Shown: positions 14,895 through 28,322, counted from the stretch's first letter. The stretch: 64,000 nt of DNA from Octopus vulgaris (GCA_951406725.2 OX597833.1:2666001-2730000); one strand, 5' to 3'. Made by a program: numbers and translations. The notes: generated by a model from the sequence alone, not told the origin.

Positions 14895-15243
14895 ATACAC
14901 AAATATGAGAGAGAATCCACTATGTGGACGCTCTTACGCTAAAGATAGATCCGCAAGGGTCTCTACCGCTAAGACCTCGTGGTTTAACAATTTATATTTT
15001 ATGACAGATTTCACTGATGATCTGCAGATTAATTGTGTAAGTAAAATTGCATAATTTATTAACAGTGAAACAATTGTATGGGGTTAATCTATATTCTTAC
15101 TATTTTTCATTTGTCCTGCTCGCTTACGTTCGTAGTGTGCTAAATTTTTCTTGAGAACAATTCTTAGTGGTAGAGACCTTTGCGGATATATCTTTAGCGT
15201 AAGAGCGTCCACATAGTGGATTCTCTCTCATATTTGTGTATTA
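14893..15243. repeat. Inverted repeat (~80-bp arms) in (TA)n
   Basis: taatacacaaatatgagagagaatccactatgtggacgctc... and its reverse complement. Confidence 0.85.
15007..15085 (+). ncRNA. Hammerhead motif in the spacer of inverted repeat 14893-15243
   Basis: gatttca-CTGATGA-long imperfect stem II-GAAAC AATT GTA-tggggtt. Confidence 0.55.
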
Positions 15244-15339
15244 ATAATATTTACTGAATCTCAGTTTTTTATGCGCTAAACCACTGGTGTTAAATTGATG
15301 TTATTAAATTAATATCCAATTTTTTCACCCTTATTTTGA

Positions 15340-15405
<66 letters not shown>

Positions 15406-15589
15406 TTTTCTAACTTTTTGTGTCTTTTCGTCTTTAATATAGCCAACAAAGAGCGTTTACAATCACTGTACTCCATATTGAAGGAGTGCGAAGGTTTATG
15501 TTGCTAAGGTTTCAGCCACTATAGGCCCAGACCTTGTCTGACTTAAAAGCACCATATATGGGGCAACATGGCCCCCTCAGCAAAGAGTT

Positions 15590-15745
15590 ATTTTTGTTGG
15601 AGACATATCCGGGTGTATTTTTGAAGGAATTCGTCCAGTGTACTTTTGAATTTTATGGGATACGTTTCCGTTTTGACGTATTTTGGTATATTATTAAAAG
15701 AAAATGCTGGACCGGTTGAGGTAAAGAAGTTGCAGCTGATCGACA
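15590..15745 (-). mobile_element. Decayed LINE ORF2 C-terminus
   Basis: NFFTSTGPAFSFNNIPKYVK..FKSTLDEFLQK. Confidence 0.6.
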
Positions 15746-16468
15746 TTTTCTCTCCATAATCTAAAAGGAGCACTCCGTCAGTTGCGACGACGAGGGTCCC
15801 AGCTGATACGATCAACGGAACAGCTTGCTCGTGAAATTAACGTACAAGTGGCTGAGGACTCCACAAACACGTGTACCCATAACGTAGTTCTCAGGGACAT
15901 TCAGCGTGACATAGAGTGTGACAAGGCTGGCCCTTTGAAATACAGGTACTACTCATTTTTGCCAGCTGAGTGGACTGGAGCAATGTGAAATAAAGTGTCT
16001 TGATCAAGGACACAACACGCCGCCGGGAATTGAACTTACGACCTTACAATCATGAGCCGAATGCCCCGAACCACTAAGCCACACGCCTTCACTCCATAAT
16101 CTAATACAATAATACAGGGATCTTTTCCAGTTTTCTTTCAAATAACTACTGAAACAATTTCCAAATCTATGACGATTGTTCACTGAGTTTAAATCATGAT
16201 ATCCCAAAATTAATTTCGTGTAAGATGGTGCAGCTTTGCTACCAACAGTTGCACCTGATGTTAGTCAGTAGATTGTTTCACCGAAATTGATAATAAACTA
16301 TTTATGTGCGAACGTGTATGTATGTGTGCGCATATATCTTTAAATATATACCTGTATATATATATATAAAGTTAATCCAAACATGAAAACACAAAGAGAA
16401 AACACAACGCGAGGACGTGGAACAAATATAGTATTATTGGACGCTCAGGAAGGAAGAAAAGAAGGAGG

Positions 16469-16503
16469 GTTTAACGTTTCGAGCGGAGCTCTTCGTCGGA
16501 AAC
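16469..16503 (-). ncRNA. Minimal hammerhead motif (C4 variant)
   Basis: gttt-CCGACGAA-GAGC tcc GCTC-GAAAC GTT-aaac; sister copy at 47016 has CTGATGAA. Confidence 0.6.
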
Positions 16504-16594
16504 ATAGAAGGGAAGGCAGAGGAAAAAAAATCGCCAACTGTACACACGAGGTCACACACACACATATATATATAAACTAAAATAATAGGGAGGC

Positions 16595-16666
16595 TGCCGT
16601 GACCAGGATTCGAACCTGGGTTACCACGGCCACAACGTGGGGTCCTAACCACTAGACGATCATGGC
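16595..16666 (-). tRNA. tRNA-His (GUG)
   Basis: GCCATGATCGTCTAGTGGTTAGGACCCCACGTTGTGGCCGTGGTAACCCAGGTTCGAATCCTGGTCACGGCA; full cloverleaf, A/B boxes, downstream TTTT; one A4:C69 acceptor-stem mismatch. Confidence 0.9.
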
Positions 16667-16750
16667 TATGAACCTCCCACCTTAACGTGGTTTTATAGTC
16701 AGAGTTTCGACTGCTATTTCGGCATGTTGGTGTCTTTTAGACACCCTCAT

Positions 16751-16800
<50 letters not shown>

Positions 16801-18364
16801 TATATATGCGCGAATCTGGGTGTATTTGTATTAAACTATTTATGTTTCGTAAAGAAAAGATTTGGAAAGATGTTGTATGATATTTGTAAGTTGACAGCCG
16901 TGGCTACAAAAGTCAAATACTGGTTTCAGGATTTGAAAGTAAGCTTCCATTTGGTTAAATTAAATTTTGCGTAACTAAAACTATCCATTGTCTTTTATTG
17001 TAAGAAACCAGTTTCTTTCCTGCAAAGCAGAGGGTAGCGGAGTTTTTAAAATCCCATTTAGTGAAGGGAAAGCTGAGCTGAGTTACAAAAGTTCGCGCAA
17101 TCAGTTTAAGAAAAAATCCTCCAGTAAAAATCGTCAGGTATTTTTACTCTGAGGAGTGGGGGTAGTTTTAATAGACATTTTCAGTATTTTGTTTAGTCAA
17201 TATTTTATTCAACCCGTTCTGGTTAAGAGGTTCGTATAAACGATACTTGATAAGAACCATTTTCGGTGAGAACACAACACCGCGTCCACAGAAACATTGC
17301 TGTCGAGGTCAAACAATATCCTTCTATGATAATACCCGTCCGAAATATTATCAAAGATCAGTTGGATTTAGATCTCTACATCATTATAAAATTAAAAATA
17401 TTATATGAAGATTATTAAATTTTGAACACGTGTAAGAAGCAAAAATTAAAACAACGATCTACGTATTTATTCTTAATAAGATGCGGCAGATTTGAACGTG
17501 TATGCGCTAATCGCTGTTGTACTTTACCTTTGGAGAGTAACTTCTTTCAAACGCTGTCCGTTGACGGCCCACGATTCAATGACAGTTGAATACTTGAATA
17601 CTTTGAATACTTTGAAACACCGATGTTTCGACATTATTGTGTCCCTTCAGTTACAGCTACCCACGAATCTCTGAATCTAAACAAGACCGGTCGTGGTTGC
17701 TTATAGAATTCAGCAATCAAATTATATGCTGAGGTGTGATGTTGTCTATCAAGTCCATATTAAATCATTATAAACAGCGAGAACCAACACAACCACGCAC
17801 ATATTCGTTATCATGATCAGACAAATTCTAAAAATGAAAAAAATGTACAAAGACGTTTGATAACATTGTTAAGTTCTCTGATATGCCTGCTGCAATTCAT
17901 TATCTTATAATTTGAAAATAAAAGAGACAGAAATATATTAGTATTTCCTATAATTATTTTATTGCTGAAAATGTACTTGAACAGTCTGTGACAATAAGAT
18001 TACACAAAGCAGGTTACAAAAATTCTGAAATTACGTTACAAGAAAAGTTATTATTTTTTTTGTCACCAGACGGAAATTATTTCCCACTCACGAAATAATT
18101 AACCTCACTATCTACACTCGACAACTTAATAATTTACCTACATATTTTCTTTTCGAAAGCGTTGCTACTCACTTCCCGGTCCTGTCTCCGGAATCGATCA
18201 TGATGAAGTAATAAGTTACAAAGTGCTCCTCTTCCAACTTTTTTTTTTTTTTTTGCTGTCATAACGTTAAACCCTCCTTCTTTTCTTCCTTCCTGAGCGT
18301 CCAATAATACTATATTTGTTCCACGTCCTCGCGTTGTGTTTTCTCTTTGTGTTTCTCTTTGCTG

Positions 18365-18680
18365 GCATATCAAATATTTAAAATTATCTAATTGTTCTTT
18401 GAATACATCCACATCTACGCCTTGTCGATCTCTGAGACTATTTTGGCATGGTAGGAAAAGTTGAGGGCCTTTGAAAATTAAGTTGTTACAATATTAGGTT
18501 CTTACGTCAGACGGTAAGGGCTAGACCTTTGGTGTCCAATCGAGTGATTGGTGTAGCTTTCAATCCAGGATCTTCCATATATATCAGTGGATATCTTACG
18601 CATATTCTCTCCAGAGAGTAGAGCCTCAGTTCTTTTGTCCATTCCCAGTTGTTCAGAATATAATTTATTTTATCGAAATT
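18365..18680 (-). mobile_element. Decayed LINE ORF2 C-terminus
   Basis: LNNWEWTKELRLYSLERICVRY ... FKGPQLF ... VDVDVFKEQLDNF. Confidence 0.65.
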
Positions 18681-18975
18681 CCAGTATGAATGTTTAACTG
18701 GTTTAATATAGAGAAAATGGAAGAAATGCCGTGTTTTGGGTAAAATTTCTCGTACGACCGACCGACGGGAACACACAGAAAATCCAATTTGAATGTGCAA
18801 GAAAACAGTTTTTAAAGAATTGTCTATGGACATGGTTGTGTCCTTCATTGAAACCAAATAGTTTCGGGTTCAATCCCAAGGTATGACACCTTGGGCAAGT
18901 GTCTTCTACTAAAACCTCTGCCCAGTCAATGACTTGTAAGCTGATTTGGTAAATAGAAACTGTGTGGAAGCTCGT

Positions 18976-19023
<48 letters not shown>

Positions 19024-19076
19024 AAATTAAAAAAGGAAAATACGCACACTTACATAGTTTTAATATAATTTTTAAT

Positions 19077-19111
19077 ATATCGACCGGTTTCGCTATCGCT
19101 ATTCATGATAT
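19077..19111 (-). ncRNA. Hammerhead motif, A3-U8 variant (sister of 6931)
   Basis: atatc-ATGAATA-GC gata GC-GAAAC CG GTC-gatat. Confidence 0.6.
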
Positions 19112-19241
19112 TATGTTTTACTTATTTGAATATATATTTTTTTCTTAAGAAGAAATTTAGTCCATGTTGTGTGTGATGAAATTCACGAGTGAATGACTTT
19201 ACAAGTAGATAAATAAAGGGAGGTAATTGGTTGTCGTTATT

Positions 19242-19269
<28 letters not shown>

Positions 19270-19272
<3 letters not shown>

Positions 19273-19757
19273 AGTATGGGACAATCAGTAAGTTGTCATA
19301 ATAGAACTCAGAGTTTCAAATGCCAGACCTAAAAGCTTCGAGGCATTTTCATCGGCTATTTGGACGATAGACGCTATGAAAAAAAACCGTTGAATAAAAG
19401 GGAAGTTACTCTAATAGGCATGAAAAACAATAAAAGATATAAAATATAAAAAATTATAAAAACTACACGCAACCATTCTCACAAGAGACAGAAACGTTCT
19501 GTGAGAGTGTGTACGTATGTAGAGTTTACGAACGCTGAACGTTTTTATCTATTGTAAGAATGTGGTGGCATGTATTTTTTATAATTTTTTTTTGTTTTTA
19601 TATCTTTTTTCATGCCTATTAGAGTAACTTCCCTTTTATTCAACGGTTTTTTTTTCATAGCGTGTATCGTCCAAACAGCCAATGAAAATGCCTCGAAGCT
19701 TTTAGCTCCAGCATTTAAAACTCTGAGTTCTATTATGACAACTTACTGATTGTCCTA

Positions 19758-19762
<5 letters not shown>
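19270..19762. mobile_element. Hairpin element with ~200-bp arms between (GA)n and (TA)n
   Basis: Long inverted repeat; a hammerhead in each arm, the right one degenerate. Confidence 0.75.
19300..19360 (-). ncRNA. Hammerhead motif in an arm of hairpin element 19270-19762
   Basis: aatag-CCGATGA-AAATGCC(17-nt loop)GGCATTT-GAAAC TCTGA GTT-ctatt; all three stems perfect. Confidence 0.72.
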
Positions 19763-19801
<39 letters not shown>

Positions 19802-19803
<2 letters not shown>

Positions 19804-19972
19804 CGCAGGAGTGGCTGTGTGGTAAGTAGCTTGCTAACCAACCACATGGTTCAGGGTTCAGTCCCACTGCGTGGCATCTTGGGCAAGTCTCTTCTGCTAT
19901 AGCCCCGGGCCGACCAATGCCTTGTGAGTGGATTTGGTAGACGGAAACTGAAAGAAGCCTGTCGTATATATG

Positions 19973-20005
<33 letters not shown>

Positions 20006-20200
20006 GTTTGTGTTTGTCCCCCTAGCATTGCTTGACAACCGATGCTGGTGTGTTTACGTCCCCGTCACTTAGCGGTTCGGCAAAAGAGACCGATAGAATA
20101 AGTACTGGGCTTACAAAGAATAAGTCCCGGGGTCGATTTGCTCGACTAAAGGCGGTGCTCCAGCATGGCTGCAGTCAAATGACTGAAACAAGTAAAATAA
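19802..20200 (+). mobile_element. tRNA-derived SINE family A (representative copy)
   Basis: ggcgcaggagtggctgtgtggtaag head, internal (TA)/(TG) tract, aagtaaaa tail. Other copies near 1-470, 22041, 23636, 31069, 38922, 49032, 50687, 51368, 53352, 55980, 59530, 60495, 60935, 63325. Confidence 0.88.
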
Positions 20201-21250
20201 AGAAAAATATATATATATATATATTTAAATAAGCAGAAAATGGAGAAACTTTTGATAAACAAACAAACAAATTGACCAACATAGGTTGATCATTTTTTAA
20301 TACAAAACATGACATAGCATTTCTTACGGCCGTTTCCAATGCCAATGTCAGTCGATGCTTACGAAAGAAATTCTGAAAATAATATTTGCCATCTTCATAG
20401 CACATTCGATCTAGTACATGGAGCTCCATCAGAGTGAATGCAAAAGGATCAAATAAAATAAACGAAGGGAAGAGGAAAGAACAGGGCCTCGAGATGCGGC
20501 CGGAAGGATCAGAATATTAAAATCATACCATGTTGCAGTGTGGTGATCAAAGTCGATAGGCAAAGGAGTGAACTAGCAGTGATCTAGGGAAATATTTATT
20601 GGTTATCTCTTTATAAAGGAGAACCAAGGTGTGTAAATAGTAATGAAAGAACGGATACTATTAACCCTTAGATGGTTGTTCCAACCACTAAGTCTACTCA
20701 CCTATATATTATACATATACGTATGTGTATCTTTTTGTTCCCGCCCTCGGTGCTTGGCAACCAGTGTTAGTTTGTTTACATCCCTGTAGCTTAGAGATTT
20801 AACAAAAGAGCCCAATAGAATTGGTGCAGGACTTTAAGGACAAAAAAGGGCAAATAAGGACAAAAAAAGGCAAATAAGGACAAAAAGCAAATAAGTACTA
20901 GAATCAATTCTTTAGACAAAACCCTTTGAGACATTGCCCCAGCATGGCCGCAGATCAGTGAGTGAAATTGGTAAAAGATAAGAGACAAAGATATCCTTTT
21001 CGCAACATTCAACATTTGGTTCAAACAAAAAGAAAAAAAACAGTCTACAAGTGCTGCTGCAACAGAAACGGATGACAAGTGCAATTCCTGCAATGTTGAT
21101 TATGGAGGTTTCTGATTGGCTAAAATTAGCAGAAATTTTAAACTTTAAAAGGCGTGGACCTTTCTTGTTATTTATTTGTATAAAAAAACCAACGACTCGA
21201 ACAAGTGAAAGAGTAAAATAAAGAAACACAACTTCTAAGACATTGCTAAT

Positions 21251-21256
21251 TTTATT
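21251..21256 (-). promoter_or_regulatory. Candidate polyadenylation signal of the ABCC gene
   Basis: AATAAA on the minus strand about 525 nt after the stop; a second one lies near 21171. Confidence 0.3.
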
Positions 21257-21779
21257 ATTGTATTTTACTAAGAAAGTAAATCAAGGATAATTTTAAAAAA
21301 ACCTGGTTTCAACATTTTTCTTTTTTTCTTTCATAAAATCCAATTAAAATATATATGCATATATGCATACCCACACGCACACCGCACACATAATTTTTTA
21401 ACATAAAAAAAATGATTGAGGCAGAAAGATATTTACAGCTACTGCTTAACATCAGAAGTTAAATGAATGTTTAGGAGCAGCCGCAGTCTCTCTCTCTTTC
21501 TTTCTCTCTCTCTATATCTCACTTTCTCTCTCTGTCTTCCTTTCTTTCTTTCTCTGTATCTCAAGAACAAATCCAAGATGAGAGAACAAAGTAATGTTCT
21601 GTGTTACATAACGCGAAAATGAAGTGGAACCGGACACAGCGCATATCAAAGGAAAGAGAGATCAAAACAGTGGAATGTCAACAGCAATGTAAGTATAAGA
21701 ATGTGTAATGGCTCTCCTGAGTGATGAGAAGTGAGAGAGATGTTTGGTGAGGGCAGAGTTTGTTATGAGGGAGATTTGT

Positions 21780-21894
21780 TCATGATACAATTCCTGCGTC
21801 TTTTGCCAGACCATAGAACATGGATTTTTCATTCTTCAGCAATTTCTGTGGCGATGCAAATTCTTTGATAGATCCTGTATCCAAAACCATGATT
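21780..21894 (-). CDS. ABCC1: ABCC1-like terminal coding exon
   Basis: cag|; RIMVLDTGSIKEFASPQKLLKNEKSMFYGLAKDAGIVS*; typical MRP C-terminus. Confidence 0.94.
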
Positions 21895-23015
21895 CTGCAA
21901 AGATAAAGAAAGAGAAATAAGAAATTTAAAAGAAAAAGAAGAATAGAATGAATGAGGAATACGGTTTGGGCCTCTCTCCTCATTTATGGTCGTGTATGTT
22001 GGGTAAATTACCAAAAGACAACAACTGAGAATATACACATCAGGAGTGGCTGTGTGGTAAGTAGCTTGTTTACCAATCACATGGTTCTGGGTTCAGTCCC
22101 ACTGCGTGGCATCTTGGGCGAGTGTCTTCTGCTATAGCCCCGGGCCAACCAATGCCTTGTGAGTGGATTTGGTAGACGGAAACTGAAAGAAGCCTGTCGT
22201 ATATATGTATATATATATGTGTGTGTGTGTGTGTTTGTGTGTCTGTGTTTGTCCCCCTAGCATTGCTTGACAACCGATGCTGGTGTGTTTACGTCCCCGT
22301 CACTTAGCGGTTCGGCAAAAGAGACCGATAGAATAAGTACTGGGCTCACAAAGAATAAGTCCCGGGGTCAATTTGCTCGACTAAAGGCGGTGCTCCAGCA
22401 TGGCCGCAGTCAAATGACTGAAACAAGTAAAAGAAAAAAAGAAAAAAAAATCTAAAATAACCAATCGTGGGTAATGGATTGAAGGGAATGGTATTATGTT
22501 GGATGGTTCCTGTTCAACCACCCAACCCATGACAGCGTGGAAAGAGGAATGCTAAATGATGATAACGACGACAATAATGATGATGAGGAGGAGGAGGAGG
22601 ACCGTAATTTGTCCATGTATTTAAGTCTCCCCTTCTCTTCAACACTGATACTTATCCAAGGGAAAGGCTGCCTTCTTCGCCCAATGTAGCCTGGTACCAC
22701 TGTCATCATCAGCATTGCTTTCAGAACTCAAAGGGCCAGAATAAACCCCCAAAGTATCTTGACCGACCTCCTAACATTTCCTGTAGTCCATTACTCAGGA
22801 TTCGTAATATGTGTATCACCTCAACCCCAACATGCATAATTTACTCCATAACCCCACAGCAGTCACCACAAACGTCCACACGCCCTCATCACACTTTAAC
22901 TTCTATTTTCCCATGGATCTGAGAGAACTTTTCTATGCAGATTTTTCTACAGCTGGATGCTCTTCCTGTTGCCAAACCCTATCTTTTCAAAGCAAGCTAA
23001 TATTTTCTATGAAGC

Positions 23016-23400
23016 GTGGAGGCACAATGGCCCTGTGGTTAGGGCAGCAGACTCACGGTCGTAGGATCGAGGTTTCGATTCCCAGACCGGGCGTTGTGAG
23101 TGTTTATTGAGCGAAAACACCTAAAGCTCCACGAGGCTCCGGCAGGGGATGGTGGTGATCCCTGCTGTACTCTTTCACCACAACTTTCTCTCACTCTTAC
23201 TTCCTGTTTCTGTTGTACCTGTATTTCAAAGGGCCGGCCTTGTCACTCTCTGTGTCACACTGAATATCCCCGAGAACTACGTTAAGGGTACACATGTCTG
23301 TGGAGTGCTCAGTCACTTACACGTTAATTTCACGAGCAGGCTTTTCCGTTGATTCGGATCAACCGGAACCCTCGTCGTCGTAACCGACGGAGTGCTTCCA
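23016..23400 (+). mobile_element. tRNA-derived SINE family C
   Basis: gtggaggcacaatggccctgtggttagg...ggtttcgattcc head. Related copies at 4596, 9793, 15768, 37670, 40978, 47185. Confidence 0.82.
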
Positions 23401-24696
23401 TATTTTCTATGGCCAGATATTTTCCCATGGAACTCTAGATACAAACAGCATTGTATGATGGTTACAATTGTTTAGAACCATCACATAATATCAGGACAAG
23501 ACGAGCACAGGTGAACACACACACAATAATCCCTCGTTACATCGCGGTTCACCTTACGCTGATTCCTCCATGGTGGTGTTTTGCATTTATAATAAAATAT
23601 ATGCAAATTATAAAAGTAATAAAAAATATATATACAAGCGCAAGAGTGGCTGTGTGGTAAGAAGCTTGCTTCACAGCCACATGGTTCCGGGTTCAGTCCC
23701 ACTACATGGCAGCTTGAGCAAGTGTCTACTATAGCCTCAGGCCAACCAAAGCCTTGTGAGTGGATTTGGTAGACGGAAACTGAAAGAAGCCCATCATATA
23801 TATATATATATATATATATGCGTGTGCATCTTTGTGTCTCTGTTTGTTCCCACTGTCATCACTTGACAACCGATGCTGGTGTGTTAATGTCCCCGAAATC
23901 TAGCAGTCCGCTAAAAGAGACTGATAGAGTAGTAAGTACTAGGCGTATGAAGAACAAGTCCTGTGTGTGTGTGTGTGTAGTAGGCATCTAGTTTCTATCT
24001 ATCTGAAGCGTTCACAAGACAGTAGCTCCATTTATGGAATTTATTGCTGAGCCAGTAACTCAAAACCCAGTCAGAGCTTTGCAGAATAAGCACCCAACAA
24101 AACCCCAGCAATCCACTTCATTTGCCTCACAATGTACCAACAAACCCCAGTTTTTGTGCTGCTCTATTTGGCAAGCTCTCCTTCTCTCTCTTTCATAAGC
24201 CTCCTTTTCAAGACACTGTCAGATCTCACTTGTTAACCATTTGGTGGAATTTAAGAACAACACTGTCTGAGTGGAGTGTTTTTGATATGATGTGAAATGA
24301 GAACTTTAAGCCTTTAGCATTTAAACAGGCCATGTCCAGCCCCAATATTTTATCTGTTTTATGTTCAAACAAGCCAGATCTTACCTCTCACACCTATCTT
24401 ACAATGTCATTCTAAAAATAAGTGATCACATCATCAAAACCTCAAAGGTGCAAAATAATGCATGATTAATTCAAAACAGTGAGAATAAATAAGCATTACA
24501 TTTGATAAAGTAATCTGAAATATTTTAAGGGGTCAAAATTCTATGAGTTCCACACTCTGCTGCCAGTCTGGGCTTTGGAAAGTAGACAGGTTTCATAGAT
24601 CTGTAGCTTTCTCCAGCTCAAGAAAAGTGGTGGCTTCTTTCCTGAGGTGCCACACATAGGTCATACAAAAATATAGGTTATGTAAAAACAAGTGCC

Positions 24697-25464
24697 GTGG
24701 AGGCACGTGGCTTAGTGGTTAGGGTGTCGGCATCATGATCGTAAGATTGTGGTTTCGATTCCTGGACGGGGCGACGCGTTGGGTTCTTGAGCAAAACACT
24801 TCGTTTCACATTGCTCCAGTCCACTCAGCTGGCAAAAATGAGTAACGCTGCGATAGACTGGGGAACACATACGCCATAGAAACCGGGAAACTGGGCCCAT
24901 GAGCCTGGCTAGGCTTTAAAAGGGTGCAAGTGGAGGCACGTGGCTTAGTGGTTAGGGAGTCATCATCATGACCGTAAGATTGTGGTTTCGATTCCTGGAC
25001 CAGGCGACGCATTGTGTTCTTGAGCAAGACACTTCATTTCACTTTGCTCCAGTCCACTCAGCTGGCAAAAATGAGTAACGCTGCGATGGACTGGCATCCC
25101 GTCCAGCTGGGGAACACATACGCCATAGAAACCGGGAAACAGGGCCCATGAGCCTGGCTAGGCTTTAAAAGGGTGCATTTATTTTGTGGAGGCACGTGGC
25201 CTAGTGATTAGGGTGTCAGCACCATGATCGTGATTAGGGTGTCAGCACCATATGTAATTTTCTAGGTGGTGTAATTTAATTGTTCATTTTGAATTGATCA
25301 TCATTATCATTGTTCGACCGTGGTCGAGACAATGGAATTGATAAAAGGTGATTTTTTTCTAATTTATATATATATATTATATTTTGTGAAATTTGATTTA
25401 GTGTTTCTAAATTGAATTTTTCCCTGTAAGTTAGGAATAATATTCCCTCAAATTATTATCATTT

Positions 25465-25504
<40 letters not shown>

Positions 25505-25710
25505 TAAATTGTGGTTTCGATTCCTGGGCCGGGCGACGCGTTGTGTTCTTGAGCAAGACACTTCATTTCATGTTGCTCCGGTTCACTCAGCTGACAAAAA
25601 TGAATAACGCTGCGATGGACTGGCGTCCCGTCCAGCTGGGGAATACATACGCTATAGAAACCGGGAAACCGGGCCCATGAGCCAGGCTAGGCTTTAAAAG
25701 GGTGCATTTA
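24697..25710 (+). mobile_element. Three tandem SINE family D copies (CORE/V-like); third copy interrupted
   Basis: gtggaggcacgtggcttagtggttaggg ... ctgcgatggactggc ... aaaagggtgca repeated three times. Confidence 0.82.
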
Positions 25711-25754
25711 TTATTTTTTAAAAACACAAATGCCGACATTAAAACAAGGTCTCA

Positions 25755-25982
<228 letters not shown>

Positions 25983-26092
25983 TTAGACAGAGCATGTAAG
26001 TGGATGTACATATGTGTGCATAAATGCGTATATATATATATATATATATATATAGATAAGAAAGTTGGTTTGTGAAAGCACGTGGTTGAATA

Positions 26093-26351
26093 TATAGAAA
26101 ATAGTAAAAAGTGAAAAAACTACAGAAGGCTTAAAGGTTAAAAAATATATATATTTGCGTCAATATGTTTGAAGAATATTAAAAAAATTTTTTTCCCTTA
26201 CAATGACATAATGTAGAAGAAATTTCTTCTAAATTATGTCATTGTAAGGAAAAAAAAAATTTTTAATATTCTTCAGACATATTGACGCAAATATATATAT
26301 TTTTTAACCTTTAAGCCTTCTGTAGTTTTTTCACTTTTTACTATTTTCTAT
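26093..26351. repeat. Near-perfect palindrome in (TA)n
   Basis: ~130-bp arms, centre agaagaaatttcttct. Confidence 0.88.
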
Positions 26352-26652
26352 ATATATATATATATGTTTTATTTATTTTCTTGCACATTACTTAATCATC
26401 GGTATATTATTGTTATTTTATATTTAATATTTCTATTATATGTAATTTTCTAGGTGGTGTAATTTAATTGTTCATTTTGAATTGATCATCATTATCATTG
26501 TTCGACCGTGGTCGAGACAATGGAATTGATAAAAGGTGATTTTTTTCTAATTTATATATATATATTATATTTTGTGAAATTTGATTTAGTGTTTCTAAAT
26601 TGAATTTTTCCCTGTAAGTTAGGAATAATATTCCCTCAAATTATTATCATTT

Positions 26653-26696
<44 letters not shown>

Positions 26697-26908
26697 TAAA
26701 TTAGAGATAAAACCACTATTAGGCAAATCAAACAATGAAAAACTTAAGCCAATACATAAAATTAATTAATTTATATTATTTTAAATATATATCAAAAGAA
26801 TTAAAAGTTTAATAAAAGATAATGAGTAAAACACTACGATCGTTTCATGGCTGTCCAATTCGTAATAATTTCCCTGTAAGTTTGGATTTATTCCCTAATT
26901 ATTTTATC

Positions 26909-26939
<31 letters not shown>

Positions 26940-27122
26940 TTCTACCCTTCTTGTTTATATTCGCATATTACATGATGGATTTATTCGTAAAATTCTTCCC
27001 GGCATGCCCTATACTGCCGTGTAAGTTTTGCGTCTGCGCAGAGATTTGAAAAGTTAAAATCTGCTAGTAGTCGGGACCAACACATGGTCCCACATCGCTG
27101 CAGACCTCGATTCAATTTAGGC

Positions 27123-27198
27123 GACTCGCTGACGAAGCTAGCCTTAGCAAACATATTCTGTGTTTTGCTAGAAAGAAGCAGAAACCGCCGTTCGAGTT
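27123..27198 (+). ncRNA. Hammerhead motif
   Basis: gactcg-CTGACGA-extended stem II-GAAAC CGCC GTT-cgagtt. Confidence 0.6.
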
Positions 27199-27299
27199 GT
27201 TAAAGTTATCGGTAAACGTTTTTGATTTTCACTCTCGATAAATTCATCCCCTTTTTGTGTTCCCAGCACTCGGCATCTTAATTTAGGAGCCCTTAATTG

Positions 27300-27330
<31 letters not shown>

Positions 27331-27588
27331 ACACACAAATTAAATAAAACCCTTGATTCAATAACACAGTGTATAAACTCTGTACTTGGAATGACCAATT
27401 TTAAATACTATTGGATTTTACTCATAAGGTATTGGAATCATATATGTATACCATTCTGCCTTAAAAAATGGATCCACAAATCCAATATCCCTGCATATCT
27501 CACATCGATTTTCTTTTATTTCCTCCACCTCACTCTCTATTTTATATCTTATCTAAATTAACTATTTCCTAACCATTCTCTCACACCA

Positions 27589-27634
27589 TCTCCGACGAAG
27601 GGATATAATAAATATCCTGTAAACAGCTGTAAGA
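27589..27634 (+). ncRNA. Degenerate hammerhead motif
   Basis: tct-CCGACGA-aGGGATAT aataa ATATCCT-gtAAAC AGCT GTA-aga. Confidence 0.5.
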
Positions 27635-28182
27635 CCTTCTATTTATAAATGTTCTAAAATCTACACACCCTTAGTTTTTTATCTCATTAAGAAAAAAGTT
27701 ATATATATATGTGTGTGTGTGTGTATAAAATTTGGTATAAGATAAAAATGTCAGATATTTGTCTTAAACATTCATACAAGCAAATTCATAATTCAGATGT
27801 AGGACATGAGATATTATTCCATTCAAATAACCACATATCTATATTAAGACATAGATGATAAAAATAAAGAATATAAACATAAAAAATATGAGGAGTAACA
27901 TGAAAGTAGAAAATATGGTTAGAATAGATTAAAGGAGGCGATTGAAAGGATCAATCCAAACCTCCAGTCATTTCAGAACAGTTCTAAGGGGCTGTAGGAA
28001 ATATTCCAAATTCAACTCCCTGTATAAAAACATTTCCTTCATCAGGGTTCCTTTCTCGTGGTAAAATACAGTAAGGCATGACATGGTGAAATTTCTGCTA
28101 GTTGTTGATTATCGAATGGATGAATAAAAATAAAAATATAAATATAGATGACAAAATATGTGCGTACACATGTGTATGTGCA

Positions 28183-28223
<41 letters not shown>

Positions 28224-28263
28224 ATATAAGAAAATGAGATGACAAAGGAATAAATGATTCATT

Positions 28264-28322
28264 AGCTTACAGCTGTTTCTGCTTATAGTGCTTAAAAAAC
28301 AACTTATAACTTCATCAGAGCC
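28264..28322 (-). ncRNA. Hammerhead motif (inverted degenerate copy at 28356-28437)
   Basis: ggct-CTGATGAA-stem II-GAAAC AGCT GTA-agct. Confidence 0.62.

Noticed and set aside
17612-17655. Hammerhead-like CTGAAGG-GACA..TGTC-GAAAC ATCG GTG (minus)
   Set aside because: A9 and H17 are violated and stem I is weak; may be chance or a dead copy.
19760-20038. Recurrent small ORFs (MSSNARGTNT..., ...[19 protein letters not shown])
   Set aside because: Translations of SINE family A copies, not a gene family.
20175-20429. 84-aa ORF MELHVLDRMCYEDGK...
   Set aside because: No recognisable domain or splice context; it runs into a SINE.
23016-23090. tRNA-like cloverleaf heads (also 24697, 41280, 54892)
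   Set aside because: SINE heads with broken acceptor stems continuing into repeat bodies; not tRNA genes.
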